The notes: a model not told the origin generated them from the sequence alone. A stretch of DNA of 51,113 bases from Alphaproteobacteria bacterium (GCA_025360345.1 JANYCJ010000170.1:1-51113), one strand, 5' to 3'. Shown: positions 29,531 through 38,915, counted from the stretch's first letter. Made by a program: numbers and translations.

Positions 29531-29998
29531 ATGAAGCAGAAATACCAGGCATATGCCGCCGCCACCCAAACCGTCGCCCGCACCAAGCAGATTGTCATGC
29601 TGTATGATGGTGTGATCCGTTTTGTCCAGCAGGCGAAAGATGCCATCCAGGCCAATCGTATTGAAGAACGCTACCACATGCTCACCAAGGCCACCGAAGT
29701 GCTGATGGGCCTGCAGGCGTGCCTCGATTTTGAAAACGGCGGCCACATCGCCCGCGTGCTCTATCATTTCTATTCCAATATCGACAGCCAGATTTTTGCC
29801 ATCCACCGCACCAACAGCGCGCAAGCCTGCGAAGACGTGATCGTGGAAATGAAAAAAATGCGCGATGTCTGGCAGGAAATAGACGAGTCCGGCGCCTTGG
29901 GCACGGCAGGCAGCGCAGCCCCGCAGGTTGCATCCCCGCAGGTGGAAAACGTTACCCCCGCCCCCGCTGCGGAACAAACCATCACCCTCTCCGCCTAA
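29531..29998 (+). CDS. fliS: Flagellin chaperone FliS
   Basis: IVMLYDG.IRF..QA, KA.....L...LDFE.GG.IA..L...Y, MRD.W.EI. Confidence 0.93.
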   Translation: MKQKYQAYAAATQTVARTKQIVMLYDGVIRFVQQAKDAIQANRIEERYHMLTKATEVLMGLQACLDFENGGHIARVLYHFYSNIDSQIFAIHRTNSAQACEDVIVEMKKMRDVWQEIDESGALGTAGSAAPQVASPQVENVTPAPAAEQTITLSA

Positions 29999-30006
29999 CG
30001 CCTCCC

Positions 30007-30024
30007 CGGCAGTTTTTGCCTCCC
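30007..30024. promoter_or_regulatory. ftr-like enhancer
   Basis: CGGCAGTTTTTGCCTCCC, about 95 bp upstream of the fliK sigma54 promoter. Confidence 0.65.
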
Positions 30025-30111
30025 CGCCGCAGAACTGCGTGCGGCGTGCTTCCCGCCATGCATTTTTGCCTGAAACCCGCAGCCACACAGCCGCTTGGCA
30101 AATCCCCTAAC

Positions 30112-30128
30112 TTGGCACGGCCCTTGCT
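30112..30128 (+). promoter_or_regulatory. sigma54 promoter of fliK-flgD-flgE
   Basis: TTGGCACGGCCCTTGCT, near-perfect consensus. Confidence 0.85.
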
Positions 30129-30163
30129 GACTCCTTAGAGAGCAATTATCTAAGGATGGCTTC

Positions 30164-32260
30164 ATGACCGTAGTTTCCAACGCCGCCGCACCGCAAGCAA
30201 CCGCCCCCCAGCAGGTACCGCAAACGGATGCCGCCAGCCAGAAAATAGACAAGGCCCGCGCCGACAGCTTCCTGTCCCTGCTGAACATTGGTACCGTTTC
30301 CGCGGATAACAGCCCCGCCCCGGTTAGCCATGACGCGCCCCGCCCCGCCCCGCGTGATAATCAAGCCCCGCGTGATGCGCAAACCCCGCCCGCCGCCAGC
30401 GCCCCCGCGCCGCAGGCCCCTCAACCCCCCGCACCCCGCCCCACCAGCACCGATGACAGCGCCGCCCCAGCGCCCCTGCCCCCGCGCAATGCGCCGCAAG
30501 CGGCCGCCCCGCGCCCGGAAAAAGCCGCAACTCAGGAAAAGCCCGCCGCCAGCAACGACAGCCAGAACACGCCGGCACAGGATGCCGCTCCGGCAAATCA
30601 AGCCAAGCCCTATGCCGCTGCAACCAGCACCACGGACAAAGGCGATGATGTCGCCACACGCCAGAAAAAAATCCGCGACCAGCTCAGCGGCCAGCTCGAT
30701 GCCATCAGCCAGATCCTACAGGCGCTGATAAACGCCCTCGCCGCCATCCAGCCTACCCCCGCCACGCCCGCAACCGGCGACGCCACAACCGCGCAAGCCG
30801 CCCCGGCAGCCATTACAGCCAGCGGTACGGCCACCCCCGCCGCAACGCCCGTCACAGACCTCGCCAGCCTCCTCGCTGGCCTCGCCACCCCCGCCGCCGC
30901 CACAGCGGCCGATGCCGCAGCCCCGGCCACGGCGCCCGCCGCCGCAGCCGCAACCGGCCAGATCGAAATTCCCGCCGCCCTGCTCACCCCTGTCGATCCC
31001 AAGGATGAAATCGCCCTGCTAAAAGACATTCAGGGATTGCTGAACCAGCTGCGCGATAATGTACAGGCCGTAGACACGGCAACCGCCCCGGCAGCAACCC
31101 CCGTCGCAACCGCCGCCACATCTCAGGCATCTGCCCAAACCGCCGTGCCGCAGGTTCAGGTGCAGGCCCCCGCCCCGGCGCAATCCCTGCAAACGCTGGT
31201 CACCAATGTCCAGCAGGATATTGCCGCCCTCGTGCAGCGCCTCGCGCAGGTTCCAGCAGGTGAAACGGCCACCGTCACCATCGAGCCTGCCGCTAAGGCC
31301 CCGCTCGCAGCCACACCTGCAGTCGCCCCGCAAAGCGCTACTGCCACCACGGATGCCACCCCCGTCCTGCCCGCAAGCGTTGACCTCACCAAGCCCCAAT
31401 CCGTCCTCGCCTTCTTAAAAGACAGCATTACCCAGGTGCGCGACCGGCTGCAATCCCTCCAGCAGGATAATGAAGCCGCCTACACACAAGCAAAAACCAC
31501 CCTGCAGCAACAATTCGAAGCCGCGCAGTCGAACTTCCGGCAAACCGCTTCTGCCGCTGCCATCACGGGCGCCAACGCCCCGGCCGTCGCCGCCACCGTT
31601 TCTGCCGCGGCCACCAGCACCGCGCCAGCGCCCGTGCAAACCCAGGCCCAGCCCGTCTCCATTGTCATCGCGCTGAGCCCGCAGGATACCAGCGGCGGCC
31701 AGACCGGCCAGCAGCAGGCGCAGGATCAGGGCCAAAGCCAGAACCAGCCTGCCCCCGTTGCCTCCGCAAGCGTTTCTCAGGCAGATAACGGCGTGGCGCG
31801 CACCGAAACCCCGAGCTTCGCCAAAACCGTGGCCCGCGCCGCTAATGTCCCGCTCACCGAGCAGGTTGCTCTTCAGGTGAAAAACGCCGTCAGCGACGGC
31901 ACTTCACGCATCCGCATCCAGCTCGACCCCGCCGATCTCGGCAAAATGGATATCAAGCTCAACGTGGACGCAGACGGCAAAACCAGCCTCAGCATCATGG
32001 TGGATAATAAAAGCACCCTCGACCTTCTCCAGCGTGATGCAGCAAGCCTCACCCGCACCCTGAACGAAGCCGGCCTCTCCGCCGATGGCAATTCCCTGAG
32101 CTTCAACCTGCGCGGCGGCCAGCAGCAGAACCAGGGCCAGCAGCAGGCCACCACCACCTACAAAAAATCCCAGCCCGAGGAAGATGAAACCGCCGTGCTG
32201 GGCGTCGTCACCCGCAATTATGCCGTCAACCTGTCCGACGGCCTCGATATCCAAATATAA
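30164..32260 (+). CDS. fliK: Hook-length control protein FliK
   Basis: P/A/T/Q-rich N-terminus; C-terminal IRIQLDPADLGKMDIKL...TLDLLQRD...L.R.L.EAGL......LSFNL; precedes flgD-flgE. Confidence 0.9.
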   Translation: MTVVSNAAAPQATAPQQVPQTDAASQKIDKARADSFLSLLNIGTVSADNSPAPVSHDAPRPAPRDNQAPRDAQTPPAASAPAPQAPQPPAPRPTSTDDSAAPAPLPPRNAPQAAAPRPEKAATQEKPAASNDSQNTPAQDAAPANQAKPYAAATSTTDKGDDVATRQKKIRDQLSGQLDAISQILQALINALAAIQPTPATPATGDATTAQAAPAAITASGTATPAATPVTDLASLLAGLATPAAATAADAAAPATAPAAAAATGQIEIPAALLTPVDPKDEIALLKDIQGLLNQLRDNVQAVDTATAPAATPVATAATSQASAQTAVPQVQVQAPAPAQSLQTLVTNVQQDIAALVQRLAQVPAGETATVTIEPAAKAPLAATPAVAPQSATATTDATPVLPASVDLTKPQSVLAFLKDSITQVRDRLQSLQQDNEAAYTQAKTTLQQQFEAAQSNFRQTASAAAITGANAPAVAATVSAAATSTAPAPVQTQAQPVSIVIALSPQDTSGGQTGQQQAQDQGQSQNQPAPVASASVSQADNGVARTETPSFAKTVARAANVPLTEQVALQVKNAVSDGTSRIRIQLDPADLGKMDIKLNVDADGKTSLSIMVDNKSTLDLLQRDAASLTRTLNEAGLSADGNSLSFNLRGGQQQNQGQQQATTTYKKSQPEEDETAVLGVVTRNYAVNLSDGLDIQI

Positions 32261-32278
32261 AACGAAGGAGTTTTTCGC

Positions 32279-32974
32279 ATGAGCACCACCCCCGTCACCG
32301 CACCATCCACTGTTGGCGCCATCTACGATCCCAAAACCGGCACGGTCCAGAAAACCAACGGCAATCAGGACCAGACCAATTTCCTGACCCTGCTCACCAC
32401 TCAGCTCAAAAACCAGGACCCCACCAACCCCACCGATACCAACCAGGTTACGCAGCAGATCGCGCTGCTGAGCGAAGTGCAGCAGCAAACCCAGTCCAAC
32501 GGTTACCTGCAGCAGCTCATCAGCCAGAATACGCAGTCGCAGGCCGGCAGCGCCGTGAACTATATCGGCAAGCAGATCGACGCCAGCGGCAATAGCGGCC
32601 AGCTCACCGGCGGCAAGGCAACCTTCGTCTACGAGCTTCCCGCAGGCGCCACCACCGCCACCGTCACCATTTCCGACAAAAGCGGCAAGCAAGTCTACAG
32701 CGGAACTGGCACGACAATTGCAGGACGTAACACAGTCATTTGGGACGGAAGCAATAGCGTAACAGGAACCACCATGGCCAACGGGCAATATAACTTCTCA
32801 GTAGTGGCAAAAGATGCAAACGGCAAAGACGTCGCCGCCACCACCCTCACCACCGGCGTGGTCAGCGCCGTGGAAACGGCCAACGGCGTCAACACCCTGT
32901 CACTCGGCAATATCAGCATCCCGCTGAATTCTGTTCTTTCCATCTATAACCCCGGCCAGCCCCCCTCGGCCTAA
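32279..32974 (+). CDS. flgD: Hook capping protein FlgD
   Basis: FLTLLTTQLKNQDPTNP.D......Q.A..S.V.Q, A.NYIGK, WDG. Confidence 0.95.
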   Translation: MSTTPVTAPSTVGAIYDPKTGTVQKTNGNQDQTNFLTLLTTQLKNQDPTNPTDTNQVTQQIALLSEVQQQTQSNGYLQQLISQNTQSQAGSAVNYIGKQIDASGNSGQLTGGKATFVYELPAGATTATVTISDKSGKQVYSGTGTTIAGRNTVIWDGSNSVTGTTMANGQYNFSVVAKDANGKDVAATTLTTGVVSAVETANGVNTLSLGNISIPLNSVLSIYNPGQPPSA

Positions 32975-33005
32975 ACCGTAATGTGAGCAACCAAGGAGAA
33001 ATACA

Positions 33006-35786
33006 ATGAGTCTATATGGAGCATTATACGCAGGCGTAGCAGGCTTGGGTTCTCAGAGTAACAAGCTCGGTGTTATTTCCGATAACATCGCCAACGTGAA
33101 CACCATCGGCTACAAGGCCAACAACGCGGTGTTTGAAACCCTCGTCACCTCTGCCAGCAACGTCACCGCCTACTCCCCCGGCGGCGTACTCGGCGGCAAC
33201 GACCAGCTGGTAGACACCCAAGGCCTGCTGCAAACCACCTCCTCGCCCACCGACGTAGCTATTTCCGGCGGCGGCTTCTTCGTCACCAACCAGAAAGCCG
33301 ACCAGAGCGGCTCCGTGGCCTTCACCCGCGCCGGTTCCTTCACGCAGGACGCGCAGGGCAATTTCCGCAACACCGCCGGCCTGTTCCTTCAGGCATGGCC
33401 GCTGGACAGGAACGGCAACCTCCCCGGCGCTCCCGGCAACCTCAACACCAACTCCGCCGCCAACATCTCCAGTTTGCAGACCGTCAACGTCCGCAACCTG
33501 ACCGGTACCGCCTCCCCCACCACCAATGTCGGCATCGGCGCCAACCTGAAGTCTTCGCAGGTGGCCTTCTCCGGCGCAGGCGGCACCGCCTCGCTGGACG
33601 TGTTCGACCTGTCGAACTCCCCGCTTAAAGGCAACGACGTCATCATCCCCAGCAGCGTGGATAAGCTCACCCGTGGCGATGCCTTCACCGTCGCCACCGG
33701 CGCAGGCCAGAGCTATATCTACAACTACGGCGGCCTCACCTTTGGCCGCAGCGTGCTCACCGGCGCACTGGGTGACAGCGGTGTAGCCCTCACCCCGACC
33801 TCGGTGAACCTCAACAACACCACGCAGGCCGTGGGCGCCAACGGCATCACCACCACGTCTACCACAGTAGGCGCATCCGTCGTGCGGGTGACTGTGGCCG
33901 CCACCGCCAACCTCCGCACCGGCGACTGGGTCACCATCACCGGCGCACCCGTAGCGGGCGTCGATGGCGTAAACCAGGCGCAGTTGAACGGCGCGCACCA
34001 GATCACCGTCACCGGCGCCACCACTTACACCTTCGTAAGCACCGGCACGGCGCTCACCGGCAACAGCACCGTCACCGGCGGCCCGGCCTCCTCCGCCCCC
34101 GACCCCTTCGCCATTGTAAACGGCTCCAAAGTGGTCACCGTCACCCAGATTGCCCATGGCCTGAACACCGGCGATGTGGTGAAATTCTCTGGCATCAGTG
34201 CTCCCGTCGGCAACGTGCCCGCTAACGAGCTGAACGACAGCTTCGTCATCACCTCGGTGGATGCCGACCACTACACCATCACCCTGCCTACCACCACCGC
34301 GAACTCAACCACGGCAGGAGGCACCGGCACCATCACCAACACGGAGCGCCCCTTCGCCGCCGCAGGCAAAATCCTCGACGCGGTAAATGCCTCGCAGCCT
34401 TTCCTCGGCACCACCGGCACGGCAGGCTTCACGCAGGCAGCGCTGAGCTTCACCATCACCACCGCCGCATCCGGCACCACCACCTTCACTTACACCCCCA
34501 CCGCGCCCAATGCGCAGCTGGGTCAGTTCAACAACCTCAACAACCTCGCCGACGCCATCAACAACGTCAGCGGCCTCACCTCCCGCGTGGTCGACGGCCA
34601 GATCTATATCGGGCCCAAAGACGCCAACGCAGCCGTGAGCTTCGCCAACGTCTCCACCATCGGCAACAGCGGCCCTCCAGTGAAAGCCGGTATCGACTGG
34701 GTCAAGGAACTGGGCCTCGCCCCCGTTTCCAGCGGCCTGAACCGTTTCAACTCGCTCCAGTCGCTGACCAACCTGGTGAACCTGTCCACCGGCCTGAACG
34801 CCACGCTTTCCAATCCTCTGGGCGCTTCATCGGTCAGCATCAACGTCACCGACCCGCTGGACACCATCAAGTTCACCGACAACAACAGCAATACTGGCAG
34901 CGTGCTGGCACAGCTGGGTCTGGTAACTTCGCTCAACGCCGGGGTATTCGCTCCTAAAACCACCGGCTCCCTCGGGCCGGCATACGACCCCGCCAACTCA
35001 GCGAAGAACATGGCCTCCGGCGCCATTCCCCCGCAGTTCAGCCGTCCCGTGACCGTGTATGACGCACTCGGCACCGCGCACAACCTGAACGTGGGCTTCC
35101 TGAAAACCAGCTCCAATGCATGGGCAGTGGAAGTATATGCACAGCCCGCCAGTGACGTGAATTCCGCATTGCCAAATGGCCAGATCGCCAGCGGCACGCT
35201 GTTGTTCAACGGTGACGGCTCCCTGCGCAGCATCAGCCAGTCTTTGCTCGGTGCGCTCAACGTCAACTGGACTAACGGCTCCGCAGCAACCGCCATCACC
35301 TACAACTGGGGCACGGCAGGCCAGCCTTTCGGCACGCCGAACGCCGCGGCCATTGGTAAAACCGACGGCATGAGCCAGTTCGATTCCGGTTACAACGTAA
35401 GCTTCGTGAACCAGAATGGTGCGCCCGTGGGCCAGCTCACCGGCATTGCCATTGATGCGAACGGCTTTATCTCCGCTAGCTACAGCAATGGTGAAACCTC
35501 CAAGCTGTATAAAATCCCCCTTGCCTCCTTCACCGATCCGAACAGCCTCACCAGCGCCTCGGGCAACGCCTACCAGCAATCGAACGGTTCCGGCGGTGTA
35601 AACCTCAAGGAAGCGGGCACCAGCGGCGTGGGTTCCTTCGCAGCAGGCTCGTTGGAATTATCCAACGTGGAATTGGCCAGCCAGCTCACCGATATGATCG
35701 TGGCCCAACGTGCGTATCAGGCAAATACAAAAGTAATTCAAACCGCCGATACGCTGCTCGACTCCCTCGACCAGCTCATCCGGTAA
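33006..35786 (+). CDS. flgE: Flagellar hook protein FlgE (extended, 926 aa)
   Basis: GV.GL..Q...L.VISDNIANVNTIGYK, D.AISGGGFF, FTRAGSF, VYDALG..H, LELSNVELA.QLTDMIVAQRAYQANTKVI. Confidence 0.96.
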   Translation: MSLYGALYAGVAGLGSQSNKLGVISDNIANVNTIGYKANNAVFETLVTSASNVTAYSPGGVLGGNDQLVDTQGLLQTTSSPTDVAISGGGFFVTNQKADQSGSVAFTRAGSFTQDAQGNFRNTAGLFLQAWPLDRNGNLPGAPGNLNTNSAANISSLQTVNVRNLTGTASPTTNVGIGANLKSSQVAFSGAGGTASLDVFDLSNSPLKGNDVIIPSSVDKLTRGDAFTVATGAGQSYIYNYGGLTFGRSVLTGALGDSGVALTPTSVNLNNTTQAVGANGITTTSTTVGASVVRVTVAATANLRTGDWVTITGAPVAGVDGVNQAQLNGAHQITVTGATTYTFVSTGTALTGNSTVTGGPASSAPDPFAIVNGSKVVTVTQIAHGLNTGDVVKFSGISAPVGNVPANELNDSFVITSVDADHYTITLPTTTANSTTAGGTGTITNTERPFAAAGKILDAVNASQPFLGTTGTAGFTQAALSFTITTAASGTTTFTYTPTAPNAQLGQFNNLNNLADAINNVSGLTSRVVDGQIYIGPKDANAAVSFANVSTIGNSGPPVKAGIDWVKELGLAPVSSGLNRFNSLQSLTNLVNLSTGLNATLSNPLGASSVSINVTDPLDTIKFTDNNSNTGSVLAQLGLVTSLNAGVFAPKTTGSLGPAYDPANSAKNMASGAIPPQFSRPVTVYDALGTAHNLNVGFLKTSSNAWAVEVYAQPASDVNSALPNGQIASGTLLFNGDGSLRSISQSLLGALNVNWTNGSAATAITYNWGTAGQPFGTPNAAAIGKTDGMSQFDSGYNVSFVNQNGAPVGQLTGIAIDANGFISASYSNGETSKLYKIPLASFTDPNSLTSASGNAYQQSNGSGGVNLKEAGTSGVGSFAAGSLELSNVELASQLTDMIVAQRAYQANTKVIQTADTLLDSLDQLIR

Positions 35787-35814
35787 GCCCTCCCTGATGC
35801 CCTGAAACGCTTAG

Positions 35815-35842
35815 TCCGCCTCGTGTTTTTACACGGGGCGGA
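35815..35842 (+). terminator. Hairpin after flgE
   Basis: TCCGCCTCGTGT-loop-ACACGGGGCGGA inside a longer CCCTGAT...ATCAGGG stem. Confidence 0.5.
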
Positions 35843-36045
35843 GGCGTATCAGGGCGGGACCAAATAGTTAACTATTTGTTTCTAATCGGTAACTCTTTAT
35901 TTATAGAAGTTGACAATGCTGGCAAAATTATCTACTAAGTTAAGTGTAATTGCATATCAGTCTTGCTATATGTAGATTTTTGATGCATTGATCTACGCTA
36001 CCATTTTTAAAATTAACACTTGAAGAAGCGCGCAAGGAACCCGAA

Positions 36046-36375
36046 ATGAAAAAGTTCGACCTGACCTCAAAACGGATCGGCCCCATCACCAGCAAGAAAA
36101 ACGCTGAGTCCGAGCCTGAAGTCATGAACATGATGCTGGACGCGCGCTACCTGCGCCAGTCCTCTTCCCTCATTCAAGACGCCCTGCAAAAAGGCTTCGA
36201 CGTGCTGCAGCTGGCCAACGGCGACATCGTCACCACCGGCACTAAAACCGTGGTCTACCAATACACCTGGGACCTCGAAAAAGGCAAGCTGGTAAAGACC
36301 AAGCCCGAAGGCAGCCGCAAAGCCCGCCGCCTCTCTATCGAAGAAGAGGAAGACACCGAGTCCGAAGACGCGTAA
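36046..36375 (+). CDS. DUF2671-like protein
   Basis: D..Y..Q.S.LI.D...KG.DV.QL.NGDI..T......Y.W..EKGK.VKT matches my recollection of Rickettsiales DUF2671 proteins. Confidence 0.6.
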   Translation: MKKFDLTSKRIGPITSKKNAESEPEVMNMMLDARYLRQSSSLIQDALQKGFDVLQLANGDIVTTGTKTVVYQYTWDLEKGKLVKTKPEGSRKARRLSIEEEEDTESEDA

Positions 36376-36401
36376 CCGCGCAAAGCTCCCAGACACGGCA
36401 T

Positions 36402-36433
36402 AAAGCCGCTACCTTCCCGGTAGCGGCTTTTTT
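36402..36433 (+). terminator. Intrinsic terminator
   Basis: AAAGCCGCTACC-ttccc-GGTAGCGGCTTTTTT. Confidence 0.85.
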
Positions 36434-36451
36434 CATGCGCCCAAGGAGCGT

Positions 36452-36489
36452 TTGACAGACCTATAATATGTCTATATTTATGGACATAT
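36452..36489 (+). promoter_or_regulatory. ars promoter and ArsR operator
   Basis: TTGACA at 36452; 11-2-11 inverted repeat ATATGTCTATA-TT-TATGGACATAT overlapping the arsR ATG. Confidence 0.7.
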
Positions 36490-36823
36490 GAATACGGATA
36501 GCGCCCTCAAAGCCTTCTCTTCCCTCTCGCAGGACACGCGGCTACGCGCCCTGCGCATCCTCGTCGCCCATGGCCGTGAAGGCATGGCGGCAGGCCAGCT
36601 TGGCAAGCAGCTCGGCATCCCCCATAACACCCTTTCCTTCCATCTGACCCATCTCTGCGCCGCGGGCCTCGCCAAATCACGCAACCATGGCCGCAGCGTC
36701 ATCTACAGCGCCAATCTCGATGCCCTGCAGGCGCTGGTGCGTTTCCTGCTCAAGGATTGCTGCCTGCTGGATAAATCCACCTGCTCCGGTGTTGAGCAAT
36801 TGATGAAAGCCTGCGCATGTTAA
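36488..36823 (+). CDS. arsR: ArsR/SmtB-family repressor
   Basis: F.SLSQ.TRL...R.LV..G.EG..AG.L...L..P..TLSFHL..L..AGL, GRS..Y.AN, FL..DCC. Confidence 0.9.
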   Translation: MNTDSALKAFSSLSQDTRLRALRILVAHGREGMAAGQLGKQLGIPHNTLSFHLTHLCAAGLAKSRNHGRSVIYSANLDALQALVRFLLKDCCLLDKSTCSGVEQLMKACAC

Positions 36824-37284
36824 ACGTCTTGTTCCTCTGCACCGGAAACTCCTGCCGCAGCATCATGGCTGAAGCCCTCCTGAAGCATCATGGCGGTGGC
36901 AGGTTCCGCGCCTTCAGCGCCGGCAGCTTTCCCTCCGGCACTGTCCACCCCCAAAGCCTCGCCACGCTTCGCCGCCACGGCATTTCACCGCTGGGCTATG
37001 AAAGCAAATCATGGGACGTGTTTGAAGACCTCACCGAGCTGCATATCGTCATAACCGTGTGCGATAATGCCGCGGGCGAAACCTGCCCCCTCTTCCCCGG
37101 AACCCCCGTCAAAGCCCATTGGGGTGTGCCCGACCCCGCCCATCTGCACGGCAGTCCAGCCGAAATTGAAGCAGGCTTCGACCGTGTATTCGCCATGCTG
37201 GAGCGCCGCGTCGCCGCGCTGCTCGCCCTGCCCCCGGAAACACTCACCGCCCGCGAGTTGCAGGCCATTGGCCAGCTTCCATGA
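36817..37284 (+). CDS. arsC: Arsenate reductase ArsC (LMW-PTPase type)
   Basis: VLFLCTGNSCRS, ITVCDNAAGETCP, HWGVPDP. Confidence 0.92.
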   Translation: MLNVLFLCTGNSCRSIMAEALLKHHGGGRFRAFSAGSFPSGTVHPQSLATLRRHGISPLGYESKSWDVFEDLTELHIVITVCDNAAGETCPLFPGTPVKAHWGVPDPAHLHGSPAEIEAGFDRVFAMLERRVAALLALPPETLTARELQAIGQLP

Positions 37285-37967
37285 ACCGCCCCCTCTTTCA
37301 GAAATGCCTCGCAGAAGCCATCGGCACCGCCGCGCTGGTCTTCTTCGGCTGCGGCAGCCTCATGCTGGAAGCGCGCCTCCCCGGCAGCATCCCGGCAGGC
37401 GTCATCCCCTTGGTGTTCGGCGCGGCGGTCGCTACCATGATCTATACCGTGGGCCACATCTCCGGCGCGCATTTCAACCCCGCCGTCACGCTGGCTTTCG
37501 CCCTCGCCCGCCATTTCCCCGCCCGTCAGGTGCTTCCCTATGGGCTGGCGCAGTGCCTGGGCGGCCTCGCTGCCATGTCCCTGCTTTATGTCCTGATGCC
37601 CGCGGGCGCATCCTACGGCGCAACCCTGCCCACCGTAAGCCCCGCCCCCGCCTTCCTGTGGGAGGTGGTGCTCTCTGCCTTCCTCATGTTCGTCATCACC
37701 GCCGTGGCAACCGACACCCGCGCCGAGGGCATGATGGCAGGCATCGCCATTGGCGCCATCGTGGCCTTATGCGCGTGCTTGGGCGGCCCTTTCACCGGCG
37801 CCTCCATGAATCCCGCCCGCTCATTGGCGCCTGCCCTGTTTCAGGGCGCATTGGGCACAGTATGGATTTACCTGAGCGCCCCCTTCATCGGCGCGGCCAT
37901 CGGCATATTCGCCTACCAGCTGGTTCGCTGCGAAACACTCCCCGCAGGTGGCACCGGCTGCTGCTGA
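37281..37967 (+). CDS. MIP-family aquaporin, probable arsenite channel
   Basis: SGAHFNPAVT and GASMNPARS motifs; coupled to arsC by ATGA overlap. Confidence 0.9.
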   Translation: MNRPLFQKCLAEAIGTAALVFFGCGSLMLEARLPGSIPAGVIPLVFGAAVATMIYTVGHISGAHFNPAVTLAFALARHFPARQVLPYGLAQCLGGLAAMSLLYVLMPAGASYGATLPTVSPAPAFLWEVVLSAFLMFVITAVATDTRAEGMMAGIAIGAIVALCACLGGPFTGASMNPARSLAPALFQGALGTVWIYLSAPFIGAAIGIFAYQLVRCETLPAGGTGCC

Positions 37968-37969
37968 TC

Positions 37970-38230
37970 CTAGTGGATATTGAGCTCGCCCTTGCAGATC
38001 ACGAAAGACGCGGGCTTGATAAGCTCTGCGCTGGCGATTTTCACCGAATGCAGCTTGCCCTCGATTTCCTTCTCCCAGAAGCCGAGGAACTTGTGCAGCA
38101 CGGGAAATTTCGGCGCAATGTCCAGCTCCTGCCAGATATAGCTTTGCAGCAGCGACGGGTGGTCGGGCAGGTGGTATAAAATCTCTGCCGTGGTCAGCCG
38201 GTAATCCTGCAGCATCAGTCCAAAGTCCAT
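37970..38230 (-). CDS. usg: Usg family protein
   Basis: YRLTTAEILYHLPDHPSLLQSYIWQ..D.AP.FP.L..FL.FW..E.EG.LHSV. Confidence 0.85.
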   Translation of the reverse strand: MDFGLMLQDYRLTTAEILYHLPDHPSLLQSYIWQELDIAPKFPVLHKFLGFWEKEIEGKLHSVKIASAELIKPASFVICKGELNIH

Positions 38231-38468
38231 ACCTCACACCCTCCTACCTGGGTCATCCTTGGCGCGTTCATTTGCCTATTATAACGCAGTTTTCCTTGTA
38301 TTTCAGTATAAATCGCTCCTAACGCACTGAAACAAAAAACGATTCATCAAACAAAAAACTGGCGCAAAACACAAAACCTGCTAAAATAAATGTCCTCCCC
38401 GCGCTTAAACATATTTACATTCCCTCCCGCATGGAATAAACCCACTTCACCTTTTTCCTGTGATGTCA

Positions 38469-38544
38469 GGGCCGTTAGCTCAGTCGGTAGAGCGGTTGAC
38501 TCTTAATCAATAGGTCGCTGGTTCGATCCCAGCACGGCCCACCA
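38469..38544 (+). tRNA. tRNA-Lys(CTT)
   Basis: 76 nt, GGGCCGT acceptor stem, anticodon arm with CT-CTT-AA loop, GTTCGA T-loop, encoded CCA. Confidence 0.96.
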
Positions 38545-38587
38545 TCAAATTCAAAGACTTATAATTCCCGTCAAAAAACGAAAAATG

Positions 38588-38609
38588 GCGGGGGTTAGGC
38601 GGGGGTTAG
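38588..38609 (+). repeat. Putative integrase arm-binding sites
   Basis: Tandem GCGGGGGTTAG x2. GGGGTTAG recurs at 46368 and 46379, and inverted at 46416. Confidence 0.7.
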
Positions 38610-38749
38610 AATGCATCCGGCATATCTCCCAGGTTTTCATATCCATTTCGTCTGTTGCTCCCTGTCGATAATTATCTTGTCGCTTGTCGCGCCCATACCC
38701 CTCTGTTAGTGTCCGCAACGAAGTAGCCGCAGTGGGCTGCTTCCGGGTG

Positions 38750-38915
38750 TAGTGATCCGTCTAAGAACGTTCTATGCGTCACGTCACGACGCTGCTTTCC
38801 GTCCCTTTGGGCCGGGAGGCGGCGGCGAGGTGCTGTGCAAGCAGTGCTTTGGATGTCCAAACTCCGGCTAAAGGCCGTCGCAATCGTTTCTTAGCGATTC
38901 ACTAACTCCCGCGCC
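38750..38915 (+). ncRNA. Candidate pseudoknotted structured RNA, copy A (family not recognised)
   Basis: Same helix order and conserved loop as copy B, with compensatory changes; upstream TTGTCG-N17-TAGTGT promoter-like site at 38684-38712. Confidence 0.65.

Noticed and set aside
30164-31750. Pro/Ala/Thr-rich repeats as a separate repeat element
   Set aside because: Ordinary low-complexity FliK ruler region.
38672-38860. 62-aa minus-strand ORF over element A
   Set aside because: No counterpart listed over copy B; conservation follows base pairing, not codons.
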